Positions 1-10,973 of a DNA stretch of 64,000 bases are shown here, in pieces (the stretch's first letter is position 1; each line of letters opens with the position of its first letter). The position numbers and the translations under genes were made by a program. This DNA comes from Spirochaetia bacterium (lineage in GTDB: Bacteria; Spirochaetota; Spirochaetia; SZUA-6; Bin103). The stretch covers positions 2,624,001 through 2,688,000 of the forward strand of contig OZ241907.1 of the NCBI GenBank assembly GCA_965203515.1, read 5' to 3'. Under the pieces are notes generated by a model. That model saw nothing but the letters and a program-made list of their open reading frames with translations, was not told the origin of the DNA and searched no databases.

Positions 1-1
1 G

Positions 2-208
2 TTTCCGTTCCTGCTGAGCGGCGACGTGATAGTCGGCCAGGTCCTGAGCCTGCCGACCGTGGGACCGGTGCTCCTGCAGGCGGTCCTCAGCGAAGACCTG
101 TATCTGGCGGCCACCGTCTTTCTCTGGCTCGGCATGCTCACCGTGATCGGCACGTTCATCTCCGATCTGATGCTGGCGGTCACCGACCCGCGCATACGGA
201 TGGGTTGA
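2..208 (+). CDS. ABC transporter permease (DppB/OppB-like), 3' part, truncated by window edge
   Basis: Open from base 2: FPFLLSGDVIVGQVLSLPTVGPVLLQAV...TFISDLMLAVTDPRIR, a typical DppB C-terminus; followed by a DppC-like gene. Confidence 0.85.
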   Translation, partial: FPFLLSGDVIVGQVLSLPTVGPVLLQAVLSEDLYLAATVFLWLGMLTVIGTFISDLMLAVTDPRIRMG

Positions 209-212
209 CGGA

Positions 213-1355
213 ATGGCCGCAGACTCCGACCGGGCCGCGGTCCGCCGCACGGCGGTCGAGGAAGACGAGCGCCAGTACGTCGCGGGTCAATGGACGCTCA
301 TGTGGCGGCGCTTTCGCCGTCACAAGGCGGCGATCGCGTCGATGATCGTGGTGGCCCTGTTCTATCTGGTGGCGATCTTCGCCGACACGCTGTCGAGCGC
401 CGATCCGGCGATATCGGACGAGCGGTTTCCGACCGTGCCGCCGCAGCGGCTGCGCCTTTTCGACGACGGTGCGCTGCGCCCGCACGTCTACGACCTGATC
501 GGCAAACGCGATCTGACGACGTTCCGCAAGGTGTACGAACCCGACCCGGAGACCCGCCTGCGCGTCCGTCTGTTCGGCGACGGGTATGAGTACCGACTGC
601 TCGGTCTGTTTCCCAGCACCACCCATTTCCTGGTGGTGGAAGGCCACGAGCGGCGGACGGCGCCGTACCTGTTCGGCACCGACGAGCAGGGGCGCGACAT
701 CCTGTCGCGCATCGTGCACGGCACGCGCCTGTCGCTGTCGATCGGCTTTGTCGGCGTGGTGATCAGTCTGGTGCTCGGCATCCTGATAGGCGGGGCGTCG
801 GGATACTATGGCGGAGCGGTCGATACGGCGATCCAGCGCCTGATCGAGCTGCTGCGCTCCCTCCCCACATTACCGCTCTGGATCGGGTTGGCCGCGGCGC
901 TGCCGAGGGAGCTCACCGTACAGCAGCGGTACTTCGCTATCACCATCCTGTTGTCGCTGTTTGCATGGACGCAGGTCGCGCGGGAGGTGCGCGGTCGGTT
1001 CCTGGCGATGCGCGAAGAGGACTTCATCACCGCCGCGCGCCTGTCCGGCACGCGCGACCTCACCATCATCGTGCGCCACATGGTGCCGAATTTCGCCAGC
1101 CACCTGATCGCGACAGCGTCGCTGGCGATCCCGTTCATGATCGTGAGCGAGACCTCGTTGAGCTACCTGGGGCTCGGCCTGCAGGCGCCGGCGATCAGCT
1201 GGGGGGTGTTGCTCAAAGCCGCGTCGAACGCGCGCACGGTGGCGTCGCTGCCGTGGCTGATGATCCCGGCCATCCCCGTGATCGTGGCCGTGCTGGCGTT
1301 CAACTTCATGGGCGACGGCCTGCGCGACGCCGCCGACCCATACGACCGCAAGTAA
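213..1355 (+). CDS. Peptide/nickel ABC transporter permease (DppC/OppC-like)
   Basis: FGTDEQGRDILSRIVHG, EAA-type loop EEDFITAARLSG, C-terminal FNFMGDGLRDAADP. Confidence 0.92.
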   Translation: MAADSDRAAVRRTAVEEDERQYVAGQWTLMWRRFRRHKAAIASMIVVALFYLVAIFADTLSSADPAISDERFPTVPPQRLRLFDDGALRPHVYDLIGKRDLTTFRKVYEPDPETRLRVRLFGDGYEYRLLGLFPSTTHFLVVEGHERRTAPYLFGTDEQGRDILSRIVHGTRLSLSIGFVGVVISLVLGILIGGASGYYGGAVDTAIQRLIELLRSLPTLPLWIGLAAALPRELTVQQRYFAITILLSLFAWTQVAREVRGRFLAMREEDFITAARLSGTRDLTIIVRHMVPNFASHLIATASLAIPFMIVSETSLSYLGLGLQAPAISWGVLLKAASNARTVASLPWLMIPAIPVIVAVLAFNFMGDGLRDAADPYDRK

Positions 1356-1491
1356 CGGTCGGGCCGCGCCCGCGTGCATTGAGCCGGCCATGCCTTGGCA
1401 GGCGCGCGGCGATGCGGTAGCCTGTGGGTGCGGCCGGCGGTCGCGAGGTATCGTCGCAGCCGGACGACACGGGCAAGAGAAGGAGAGAGCT

Positions 1492-2817
1492 ATGGGCCGT
1501 AAGAGCATGTCAGGACTGCTGGCGGCATTGCTGCTGGCCGGCGGCGCGCCGCTGGCGCTGGGGCAGGAGGTGCAGCTTTCCATCCTGCAGTGGAGTCACT
1601 TCGTCCCCCGGTACGACGAGTGGTTCGACGCCTACGCGGAGAACTGGGGCAAGGAGAACGGCGTCAGCGTGCGCGTCGACCACGTCAACGTGCCGGAACT
1701 GCCGCCGGCGCTGGCCGCGGCGATCGAGGCCGGCGAGGGGCACAGCATCGTCGAGATGTTGTTCCCGGCCACCGCCTTCATCGAGGGGCTGCACCCGCTC
1801 AACGACGTCAACGAGGCGGCCGCCGCCGCCCACGGCGAGCGCACCGCGAACTGCCAGGCGACCAGCTACCTGCCGATCACCGACACCTACTTCGGCTTCA
1901 CGCACGGCTACATCCCCGACCCCGGCGACTACCAGATCAGCCTGTGGGAGAGCGTCGGCATGCCGGCCGGCCCCTCGACCTGGGACGAGCTGTACGAAGG
2001 CGGCAAGGCGATCATGGAACGGCACGGCGTGCCGGTCGGCATCGGCCTCAGCCCGGAGCTGGACAGCCGCATGGCCACGCGCGCGGTGATCTGGGCGCAC
2101 GGCGGCAGCGTGCAGGACGAGAACGAGAACGTCGTGCTCAACTCCCCGGAGACGATCGCGGCGGTCGAGTTCTACGCCAGGCTGCAGAACGACGCCATGA
2201 CCGACGAGGTGTTCGGCTGGACCGCCTCCTCCAACAACCAGGGGCTGATCGCCGGCGAGCTGAGCTACATCCTCAACTCGATCTCCGCCTACCGCTCGCT
2301 GCAGAAGATCGACGAGGACGCCGCCGCCGACATCGGCTTCGTGCAGGCGCTGGAAGGACCGGCCGGCGCCTTCGCCTCCAGCCACGTGTGGCAGATCTAC
2401 GTGATCCCCAAGTACGTGCAGGGCGCGGAGCTGGAAGCGGCCAAGCGGTTCATCCTGGATCACACGGCCACCTACCGCGACGCGGTGTACCACTCCGAGC
2501 TGTACAACTTCCCGTGCTACGCCGGCACGGTGCCGGAACTGACCGGTTGGCTGCGGAACGATCCGTTCGGCTCTCAGCCGGCCGACAAGCTCAAGGTACT
2601 GGAGACCGTCAACGACTGGTCGGTCTACATCGGCTACCCCGGCACCGCCAACCCGGCGGTGATGCAGGTCTTTGGCGAGAACGTCGTGGTCAACATGGTC
2701 GCCAGGGTCGCCAAGGGCGAGCAGACCGCCGAGCAATCGGTGGCGGCGGCGCATGCCCGCGCGGAGGAGATCTTCGCCGACTGGCGCGCCCGCGGTTACC
2801 TGCGCGGCGGCGAGTAG
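1492..2817 (+). CDS. Carbohydrate ABC transporter extracellular solute-binding protein
   Basis: AAGGAG ribosome-binding site before ATG 1492, signal peptide, SBP_bac_1-like PSTWDEL motif; first gene of a sugar ABC operon. Confidence 0.88.
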   Translation: MGRKSMSGLLAALLLAGGAPLALGQEVQLSILQWSHFVPRYDEWFDAYAENWGKENGVSVRVDHVNVPELPPALAAAIEAGEGHSIVEMLFPATAFIEGLHPLNDVNEAAAAAHGERTANCQATSYLPITDTYFGFTHGYIPDPGDYQISLWESVGMPAGPSTWDELYEGGKAIMERHGVPVGIGLSPELDSRMATRAVIWAHGGSVQDENENVVLNSPETIAAVEFYARLQNDAMTDEVFGWTASSNNQGLIAGELSYILNSISAYRSLQKIDEDAAADIGFVQALEGPAGAFASSHVWQIYVIPKYVQGAELEAAKRFILDHTATYRDAVYHSELYNFPCYAGTVPELTGWLRNDPFGSQPADKLKVLETVNDWSVYIGYPGTANPAVMQVFGENVVVNMVARVAKGEQTAEQSVAAAHARAEEIFADWRARGYLRGGE

Positions 2818-2835
2818 GCCGGCGCGGCAACGGAG

Positions 2836-2869
2836 CGAAGGGCCGCGCGATGCGCGCCGCGGCCCTTCG
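2836..2869 (+). terminator. Intercistronic stem-loop after the solute-binding protein gene (mRNA stabiliser or partial terminator)
   Basis: Perfect 12-bp inverted repeat CGAAGGGCCGCG / CGCGGCCCTTCG. Confidence 0.5.
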
Positions 2870-2935
2870 TACTCCACTCCATCGGTCTGCGGGAAGCATT
2901 CGCGGGGCGGCGGTTCGGGGCGCTGAGGCACGGAC

Positions 2936-4000
2936 GTGAGCGCGGTGCGCGTTGCCGGGATCGTGAAGCGCTTCGGCGATGTCGTAGCGATCGCCGGCGT
3001 CGATCTGGAGGTCGAATCGGGCGAGTTCCTGGTCGTGCTCGGGCCGTCCGGGTGCGGCAAGACCACCTTGATGCGCACGGTGGCCGGCCTGGAGAAGCCC
3101 ACCGAAGGGAGCGTGCGCATCGGCGCGCGCGACGTCACGGCGCTACCGCCGCGCAAGCGCGGCATCGCCATGGTCTTCCAGTCCTACGCGCTCTATCCGC
3201 ACATGACCGTGGCCAACAACATCGCCTTTCCGCTGAAGGCGCAGGGGCGCACCAGGAACCGGGCGGAGCGCGAGGAGCGGGTTCGGCAGGCGGCGCGCAA
3301 GGTGAGCATCGATCATCTGCTCGACCGGCGCCCGCGCCAGCTCTCCGGCGGCGAACGGCAGCGGGTGGCTATCGCCCGCGCGATCGTGACCGAGCCGGAG
3401 GTCCTGCTGCTCGACGAGCCGCTGAGCAACCTGGACGCCAAGCTGCGCGCCTATGCCCGCGACGAGCTGAAGTTCTTTCAGCGCGAGCTCGGCATCACCA
3501 CCATCTTCGTCACCCATGACCAGATCGAGGCGATGGGCCTGGGCGACCGCATCGTGGTGATGGAACGGGGACTGGTGCAGCAGGTCGGGCCGCCGCAGGC
3601 GATCTACGACCGGCCGGCCAACACCTTCGTCGCCACCTTTCTCGGCTCGCCGGGGATGAACCTGTTGCCGGTCGCCGAGGAGGAGCTGCTCGGCTTCCGG
3701 CCCGAGCATCTGCAGCCGGCGGCGCCGGGCGAAGGCGCCGTGCGCCGGGTCGACTATCACGTCACCCGCATCGAGTACCTGGGCGCCGACCGCCTGCTCT
3801 ACGGCCAGATCGACGACTTTCGCGGCCAGCCGCGCCTGACGCTGGCGCGGCTGCCGAGCAACGTGACCAAGCCGTTGCAGGTGGGCGCGTCGTACCCGTT
3901 CGCGGTCACGGCGTCGCACCGGTTCGACCGGCGCAGCGGCGAACGGCTGGACGGCGCCAGAGCCGGAGCCGGTGCGGGAGCCGAGGCCGCCCGCCGATGA
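2936..4000 (+). CDS. Sugar ABC transporter ATP-binding protein (MalK-like)
   Basis: Walker [40 protein letters not shown]. Confidence 0.95.
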   Translation: MSAVRVAGIVKRFGDVVAIAGVDLEVESGEFLVVLGPSGCGKTTLMRTVAGLEKPTEGSVRIGARDVTALPPRKRGIAMVFQSYALYPHMTVANNIAFPLKAQGRTRNRAEREERVRQAARKVSIDHLLDRRPRQLSGGERQRVAIARAIVTEPEVLLLDEPLSNLDAKLRAYARDELKFFQRELGITTIFVTHDQIEAMGLGDRIVVMERGLVQQVGPPQAIYDRPANTFVATFLGSPGMNLLPVAEEELLGFRPEHLQPAAPGEGAVRRVDYHVTRIEYLGADRLLYGQIDDFRGQPRLTLARLPSNVTKPLQVGASYPFAVTASHRFDRRSGERLDGARAGAGAGAEAARR

Positions 4001-4944
4001 CCGCCGCCGGGGCGCGCGGCAGCCTGCTCGACAACCGCCGCCTCATGGGATTCGTCTTTCTGGCGCCGGCGGTGCTCTACATCGCCCTGCTCATCGGCGT
4101 GCCGTTCTTCACCGCCATCGCCTACAGCTTCAGCGACGCGACGGTCGGCAACGCCAGCCTGAGCTACGCCGGGTTGCGCAACTTCCGGAACGTCTGGAAC
4201 TCGCCCGACTTCCACGCCGCGCTGCGCAACACGTTCGCGTTTACCCTCATCGCGCAGTTCTTCGTGCTGATCCTGGCCAACGTCCTGGCGCTGATCCTCA
4301 CGGCGTCCCTGCCGCAGAACGGCTGGGCGCGCGGCGGCATGTGGGCGGCGCGGCTGCTGCTGATCATGCCGTGGGCCACGCCGCTGGCCCTGTCCGCGAT
4401 CGGCTGGCTGTGGATGTTCGATTCCAAGTACAGCCCGATCGACTACGTGTTGGAGCAGATCGGCCTGCTCGGCCCCGGCGCGGTCTGGGGGCCGTCCCGC
4501 AACCTGACGTGGCTGGGCAAGACCTGGCTGGCCAAGGCGTCGGTGATATTCGTGCACGTCTGGCGCATGACGCCGCTGGCGACGGTGATCCTGATGGCCG
4601 GCCTGTCGAGCATCCCCACCGATCTGGTCGACCAGGCCAAGGCGGACGGCGCGCGCTACTTCCGCGCGCTGTTCCAGGTGAAGCTGCCGTTGATCCTGCC
4701 GATCATGCTCAACTCGCTGCTGTTTTCCTTCATCTTCACGTTCGGCGATCTGACCGTGGTCTACGTGCTGACGCGCGGCGGGCCGATCAACCACACGCTG
4801 ACGCTGCCGATGTACAGCTTCCTGGTCGGCATCGACGGCGGCAATCTGTCGCAGGGCGCGGCGATCGCGCTGTTCATCTTCCCGGTGCTGCTGGGCGTGG
4901 CCGTGGTGCTGTTGCGCACGGCCAGCCGGGCGCAGGTGCGCTGA
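3997..4944 (+). CDS. Sugar ABC transporter permease (MalF-like)
   Basis: TM helices, EAA-type loop DQAKADGA, VYVLTRGGP; ATGA overlap with the upstream gene. Confidence 0.92.
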   Translation: MTAAGARGSLLDNRRLMGFVFLAPAVLYIALLIGVPFFTAIAYSFSDATVGNASLSYAGLRNFRNVWNSPDFHAALRNTFAFTLIAQFFVLILANVLALILTASLPQNGWARGGMWAARLLLIMPWATPLALSAIGWLWMFDSKYSPIDYVLEQIGLLGPGAVWGPSRNLTWLGKTWLAKASVIFVHVWRMTPLATVILMAGLSSIPTDLVDQAKADGARYFRALFQVKLPLILPIMLNSLLFSFIFTFGDLTVVYVLTRGGPINHTLTLPMYSFLVGIDGGNLSQGAAIALFIFPVLLGVAVVLLRTASRAQVR

Positions 4945-5855
4945 TGGCCGACGGCTCGGCGACGCCGGAACGGGCGCGGAGCTCGTTCGCGCGCGTCGAT
5001 CCCCGGCCGCGCGTCGATCCCTGGCGCGTGGCCAAGGGCACGCTCTACACCGTGGCGGTGCTGGTGTTCTGCCTGCTGGCCGCATCGCCGTTCCTGATCA
5101 TGGGCATCACGACCTTCCAGACCGACCGCGACCTCTACCGGCGCGACGCCAACCCGTTCGACTACGCGGAGGCGCCGACCCTGGAGCACCTGGACAACCT
5201 GTTCAATGACACCAACTACGCGGTCTTCGTCCGCAACTCGGCGGTGGTGGGCGCGGCGGTGGTGGTGATCACGCTGGCGCTGGCGCTGCCGGCGGCCTAT
5301 TCGCTGGCCCGCCTGACCGGGCGCTGGGGGGAACGCGCCGGCATCCTGATGTTCATCGTCTACCTGGTGCCGCCGACGCTGCTATTCATCCCGCTGTTCC
5401 GCATCGTCGTGGCGCTGGGGCTGAACAACTCGCTGCTGTCGCTGATCGTGGTCTATCCGACGATCACGGTGCCGTTCAGCGCCTGGTTGCTGATGGGCTT
5501 CTTCAAGTCGATCCCGCCGGAGACCGAGGAGGCGGCGCAGGTCGACGGCTACCACCCCTACGGGGCCTTCCTGCGCGTGGCGCTGCCGCTGGCGCGGCCG
5601 GGCATCATTTCCGTGATCGTGTTCAGCTTCACGCTGACCCTGCACGAGTTCATCTACGCGCTGGTCTTCATCCAGCGCTCCGAATGGCGCACGCTGAGCG
5701 TCGGCGTGCCGTCGGAGCTGATCCTGGGCGACGTCTTCTTCTGGCAGCCGCTGCTGGCCTCGGCGCTGATCGTCGCCATCCCGGTCGGGCTGATCTACAA
5801 CGTCTTCCTGGACCGCCTGATCCAGGGCTTCACCGCGGGCGCCGTCAAGGGGTAG
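4944..5855 (+). CDS. Sugar ABC transporter permease (MalG-like)
   Basis: ATG at 4944 overlaps the upstream TGA; EEAAQVDG loop; C-terminal QGFTAGAVKG. Confidence 0.92.
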   Translation: MADGSATPERARSSFARVDPRPRVDPWRVAKGTLYTVAVLVFCLLAASPFLIMGITTFQTDRDLYRRDANPFDYAEAPTLEHLDNLFNDTNYAVFVRNSAVVGAAVVVITLALALPAAYSLARLTGRWGERAGILMFIVYLVPPTLLFIPLFRIVVALGLNNSLLSLIVVYPTITVPFSAWLLMGFFKSIPPETEEAAQVDGYHPYGAFLRVALPLARPGIISVIVFSFTLTLHEFIYALVFIQRSEWRTLSVGVPSELILGDVFFWQPLLASALIVAIPVGLIYNVFLDRLIQGFTAGAVKG

Positions 5856-7102
5856 AGCCGGTAGAGGACGATCGCCAGCACGCAGCCGGCGCAGCCGGCG
5901 ATGAAGACCGGATCGTAGCCCCAAGCGTCGATCACCGGACCGCCGCCGAAGCCGGCGGCGATGAATGACAGCGCCGCCGCCGTCTCGGTGACGCCGGCCA
6001 TGGTCGTCCGCCAGCGTGCGGAGACGCTGCTCATGGCGATGAGCACCAGCGCGGTACGGGCGACGTGGGTCAGGCCGTTGAAGCCGACCAGGGTGACGAG
6101 CGCGCCGAGCCGGGAGTCGAACAGCGCGATCGGCAGCATGACCAGCGCCACCGCCGACAGGGCGCCGATCAGCGTGCGGTCGGCCCCGAAGCGGCGGATC
6201 AGCTCGGCGGAGGCCAGCACCATCGGGATGGCCAGCGCCATGGACGCCGACCACGCCGTGCCGATCGCCTGCGAGGCGGCGCCATGCACCTGATCGAGGA
6301 AGACGCTGCCGTAGGTGTACATGATGGCGCCGGGCGTCACCCGCAGCCACATCACCAGGAACATCACCGCGATCGCCGCCACCGGCACCCGGTCGTCGGC
6401 CGGGGACGGCGACGGTCGGCCGTCGCGCGCAGCCGGCTGCGGGCCGACGTCCGCCGCGCGCGAGATCAGCAGCGGCGCCGGCATGGTGAGCACGCCGACC
6501 AGCGCCAGCGTCAGGGCGAACGGTTCGGGGTGCTGCTGGGTGAGCCGCAGCAGGTCGGCCGCCGCGGCCGACAGGAAGCCGCCGCCCAGGCTGCCGATCA
6601 GGCCGCCTCCCATGCCGGCCGCCGCCCACGCCGCATAGGCGCTGCCGTGCGTGCTGGGCGTCGACGCCGCCATCAGGTAGGGCTGCAGCGCCACCGTGTA
6701 CAGGCCAAGACCGAGCGAGCGGAGCAGCAGCGTGGCCATGATGAACGGCGTGCGCGCCGGCGCCGGCGCGAACAGCGCGAGCGGCACCAGCAGGTTGCTC
6801 GCCTGCGCCAGGATCGCGCCCAGTACCATCGCCGCCTGCGGCCGCATGCGCAGCGGCAGACCGCCGGCGCCGACCGTCACCGCGCAGGCCGCGTACATGA
6901 CCACGCTGATCGCATGCAGCCGGCCCACCGCGGCGACGCCGTAGCCCAGGCGGAGCAGAAACAGATTCATCACCGCGCTCTGCACGCCGAACACGGTGGC
7001 GGCGATCATCAGATCGGCGCCCAGCACCCACCAGACGTCCCGGCCCAGCCCGACGCCGGGGCCCGGTCCCGCGACGCCGCGGGCCGGCGAACGAGCGCTC
7101 AG
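5795..7102 (-). CDS. MFS transporter
   Basis: About 12 hydrophobic segments; start uncertain (GTG 7027, or CTG 7102 overlapping the upstream TGA); 3' end overlaps the convergent permease by 61 bp. Confidence 0.75.
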   Translation of the reverse strand: MSARSPARGVAGPGPGVGLGRDVWWVLGADLMIAATVFGVQSAVMNLFLLRLGYGVAAVGRLHAISVVMYAACAVTVGAGGLPLRMRPQAAMVLGAILAQASNLLVPLALFAPAPARTPFIMATLLLRSLGLGLYTVALQPYLMAASTPSTHGSAYAAWAAAGMGGGLIGSLGGGFLSAAAADLLRLTQQHPEPFALTLALVGVLTMPAPLLISRAADVGPQPAARDGRPSPSPADDRVPVAAIAVMFLVMWLRVTPGAIMYTYGSVFLDQVHGAASQAIGTAWSASMALAIPMVLASAELIRRFGADRTLIGALSAVALVMLPIALFDSRLGALVTLVGFNGLTHVARTALVLIAMSSVSARWRTTMAGVTETAAALSFIAAGFGGGPVIDAWGYDPVFIAGCAGCVLAIVLYRLYPLTAPAVKPWIRRSRKTL

Positions 7103-8091
7103 CGGAGTTGGCTGACGGCGTTGCGCGGCTCGCCGCGCAGGAACGCCAGGATGTTGTCGACCGCGCCGCCGTTCAGCAGATCGACCCCTTCGGGGGTGGT
7201 GTCCGCGCAGTGCGGGGTGAGCACCACCTGCCGGCAGGAGAGCAGCGGGTCGTCCGGGGCGATCGGCTCCTCCGCGAACACGTCCAGGCCGGCCCCGCCC
7301 AGGTGGCCGGAGTCGAGCGCGGCCTTGAGCGCGGCGGCGTCGACGACCGGCCCGCGCGCGGTATTGACCAGCAGCGCGCCGGGCCGCATCCGCGCCAGCT
7401 CGCGGGCGCCGATCAGGCCGCGCGTCCGGTCCGTGAGCTTGACGTGGATGCTCACCGCGTCGGCGGCGGCCAGCAGCTCGTCCAGCTCCAGGAAGCGCAC
7501 CCCCAGCCGCTCCGCGCGCTCCGCCGACGGATGCGGCGTCCAGGCCGCCACCTCCATGCCGAGCGCGCGTCCCAGGCGGGCCACGGCGCCGCCGATGTCG
7601 CCGGCGCCGATCACCCCCAGCGTCTTGCCGCGCAGGTAGACCGTGTCCCGCCGCTCCCAGCGGCCCGCGCGCATCGACTCCGTAAAGAACGCCGCGCGCT
7701 TGGCCACCGCCATCAGCAGCGCCACCGCGTGCTCGGCGACGATCGGAGCGGTGCGGCCGGGCTGGTTGCAGACCATGATGCCGAGTGCCCGCGCCGCCGG
7801 CAGGTCGATGTTGTCGACGCCGATCGAGCAGGTGGAGATCAGCGCCAGCCGCGGCAGCCGGCGGAGCGCCTCACCCGGCCACGCCACCTGCGCCCGCGAG
7901 TTGAGGATGATCTCCGCGTCGCGGGCCCGCTCCACCTGCTCCTCCAGCCCGCCGGGCAGGTCGGTGAAGACCGTGACCCGGTGCGGTGCGAGCCGGCGCA
8001 GGTGCGGAGAGTCGGCGATATGCGGCGGATGGTCCCCCGGGATCACGACGTGCGCCCGCTCCGGTACCGCCCGTATCGGCTCAGCGCTCAT
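7099..8091 (-). CDS. D-isomer-specific 2-hydroxyacid dehydrogenase
   Basis: GKTLGVIGAGDIG, LVNTARGPVVD, GLDVFAEEP, LTPH. Confidence 0.93.
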   Translation of the reverse strand: MSAEPIRAVPERAHVVIPGDHPPHIADSPHLRRLAPHRVTVFTDLPGGLEEQVERARDAEIILNSRAQVAWPGEALRRLPRLALISTCSIGVDNIDLPAARALGIMVCNQPGRTAPIVAEHAVALLMAVAKRAAFFTESMRAGRWERRDTVYLRGKTLGVIGAGDIGGAVARLGRALGMEVAAWTPHPSAERAERLGVRFLELDELLAAADAVSIHVKLTDRTRGLIGARELARMRPGALLVNTARGPVVDAAALKAALDSGHLGGAGLDVFAEEPIAPDDPLLSCRQVVLTPHCADTTPEGVDLLNGGAVDNILAFLRGEPRNAVSQLR

Positions 8092-8182
8092 CGCGGCGAC
8101 AACGTAGGGGTTTGGCGGATGCGCGGCAAGCTCCGCGCAGCGCCCGCCCTGCGCCCGGCGCCCGAGCCTGCGACCGGCGGCC

Positions 8183-9055
<873 letters not shown>

Positions 9056-9139
9056 CGTACGTGCCGGATCGGGGCCGGTCGGCTCAGGGCCGGTCGGTCA
9101 GAGCCCGGTTCGAGAACCGCCGGATCGGGAAGGAGACCC

Positions 9140-9727
9140 TTACCACCACCCCATCTTGTTGCGCAGCGCGTTGACGTGGGCGATGTGGTGGCGGCCGTGC
9201 CATGCGTAGCTCTGCACGATCCAGCTGATGGTGATCACGCCGTGCTCCGGGTGATTGAGCGTACGCTTGAATGCCTCCCCGTCCATGGCGCGCAGCGCCA
9301 CCACCCAGCGGGAGTGGAGCGCTTCCAGCAGGCTCATGGACGATTCGATCGGCGCCGCCGAAGCGTCCGGCAGCTCGGCCCACGACGCCTGATCGTAGGG
9401 CTTGATGGTCGGTTCGTCCTCCGTCAGGGCCAGCTTGGTCCGCACGTAGGCGTTCAAGTGGCTGTCGGCCAGATGGTGCACGAGCTGGCGTACGGTCCAG
9501 CCGTCCGGGCGGTAGGGGGTGTCGAGCTGGCGCTCGGACAGATCCTGCACCAGAGCGCGCAGCTCGCCGGGAACCGCGCCGATATGATCGATCCAGCCCT
9601 TGTGCTTGGCGCGCGTCGGCTGCGGGTCCGCCTCGAAGCGGCCGATCGGGAACCGGAGGGTCTCCATCCGCGCGTCGTCGAGCGCCGCGCCTTCGGTCGT
9701 AGTCGTATCGTTTGCGTAGTCTTCCAC
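9140..9727 (-). CDS. yfiT: YfiT/BstA-family (DinB superfamily) thiol transferase / metal-dependent hydrolase
   Basis: LRFPIG, LDTPYRPDGWTVRQLVHHLADSH, YAWHGRHHIAH. Confidence 0.88.
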   Translation of the reverse strand: MEDYANDTTTTEGAALDDARMETLRFPIGRFEADPQPTRAKHKGWIDHIGAVPGELRALVQDLSERQLDTPYRPDGWTVRQLVHHLADSHLNAYVRTKLALTEDEPTIKPYDQASWAELPDASAAPIESSMSLLEALHSRWVVALRAMDGEAFKRTLNHPEHGVITISWIVQSYAWHGRHHIAHVNALRNKMGWW

Positions 9728-9787
9728 TGCGGAGCTTTATACCGCCGCAACGGCGTCTCCGTCGAGCCGTGCTATCGTCAGGCCGCC

Positions 9788-10867
9788 ATGGCACACCTGT
9801 TTGGACGGACCTACGCGCGGGAAGAGCTCCTCGATCTGGTCGGCGACGTGAGCCAGGTCGCCGGCGTGCGGCGCGCGGAGCTGATCGAGGGCAACGAGCG
9901 CGGCGCCGGACTGATCGAGATCGCCAACGCCTCCGGCCTCGCCTGTTCGCTGCTGCCGGGCCGCGCCCTCGACATAGCCTCCGCCTCGTACCGGGGGATG
10001 TCGCTCTGCTTCCGCGGCAACACCGGCGACGTGGGGCCGGCTTTCTACGAGCCGCCGGGGTACGGGTGGATGCGCGGCTTCTTCGGCGGGCTGCTGACCA
10101 CCTGCGGCATGACCTTCGTGGGCCATCCGGAGGTCGATCCGGAGGAGGAGGACGAGGAGCTCGGCCTGCACGGGCGCCTCTCGTTCCTGCCGGCCAAGCA
10201 GGTGCGCGCCGGCGGCCGCTGGCAGGGCGACGACTACGTCATGGAGGCCGAGGGCCGGATCCGCGAGGCGGTGGTGTTCGGCACCTGTCTGGAGATGTCG
10301 CGCACCGTGTCGACGACGCTGGGGGAACGGAGCATCCGCATCCACGACCGGGTGGAGAACCTGGCCGCCGAGCGGTCGCCGCTGATGATCCTGTACCACA
10401 TGAACCCCGGATTCCCGCTCCTCGACGCCGGCGCCCGCCTGCTGGTCCGCAGCCGGCGCTCCACGCGGTGGCGGGACGATCGGGAGGTGGGGCCGGAGGT
10501 GTACGCGGCCGCCGCGCCGCCGCCCCGGCCGGGCGTCGACGACATGGTGTACGTGCACCGGCCGATCGCCGATGCCGACGGCATGGCGACCGCCGCGTTC
10601 GTCAACGAACGGCTGGGGCTGGGGCTCCGCTTTCGGTTCCCGCTGGCGGAGATTCCGCTGCTGACGCAGTGGCAGCGCTTTGCGACCCGCACCTACGTGA
10701 CCGGCATCGAACCGGGCAACTGCAGCCCGCTCGGCCGCGCCTGGAACCGCGCCAACGGCTCCCTCCAGTACATCGAGCCGGGAGAGGTCCGCGAGTTCCA
10801 CATGGAGATCGCGGTGCTGGACGGCGCCGATGAGCTGGCCGCCGCCGAGCGCGAGATCGGGGGCTGA
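9788..10867 (+). CDS. Aldose 1-epimerase-family protein (DUF4432-like)
   Basis: LPGRALDI, FFGGLLTTCG, LGLHGR, ILYHMNPG, YVTGIEPG. Confidence 0.85.
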   Translation: MAHLFGRTYAREELLDLVGDVSQVAGVRRAELIEGNERGAGLIEIANASGLACSLLPGRALDIASASYRGMSLCFRGNTGDVGPAFYEPPGYGWMRGFFGGLLTTCGMTFVGHPEVDPEEEDEELGLHGRLSFLPAKQVRAGGRWQGDDYVMEAEGRIREAVVFGTCLEMSRTVSTTLGERSIRIHDRVENLAAERSPLMILYHMNPGFPLLDAGARLLVRSRRSTRWRDDREVGPEVYAAAAPPPRPGVDDMVYVHRPIADADGMATAAFVNERLGLGLRFRFPLAEIPLLTQWQRFATRTYVTGIEPGNCSPLGRAWNRANGSLQYIEPGEVREFHMEIAVLDGADELAAAEREIGG

Positions 10868-10973
10868 CGCCTCCGGGGCGAAAGCGCGCGCCGGCGGGCG
10901 GTTCCGCCGCGCCGGCGGATGATCCGCCGGCCGGGATCAGAGGCGCCGGCCGGGATCAGAGCGCCGGCCGGAA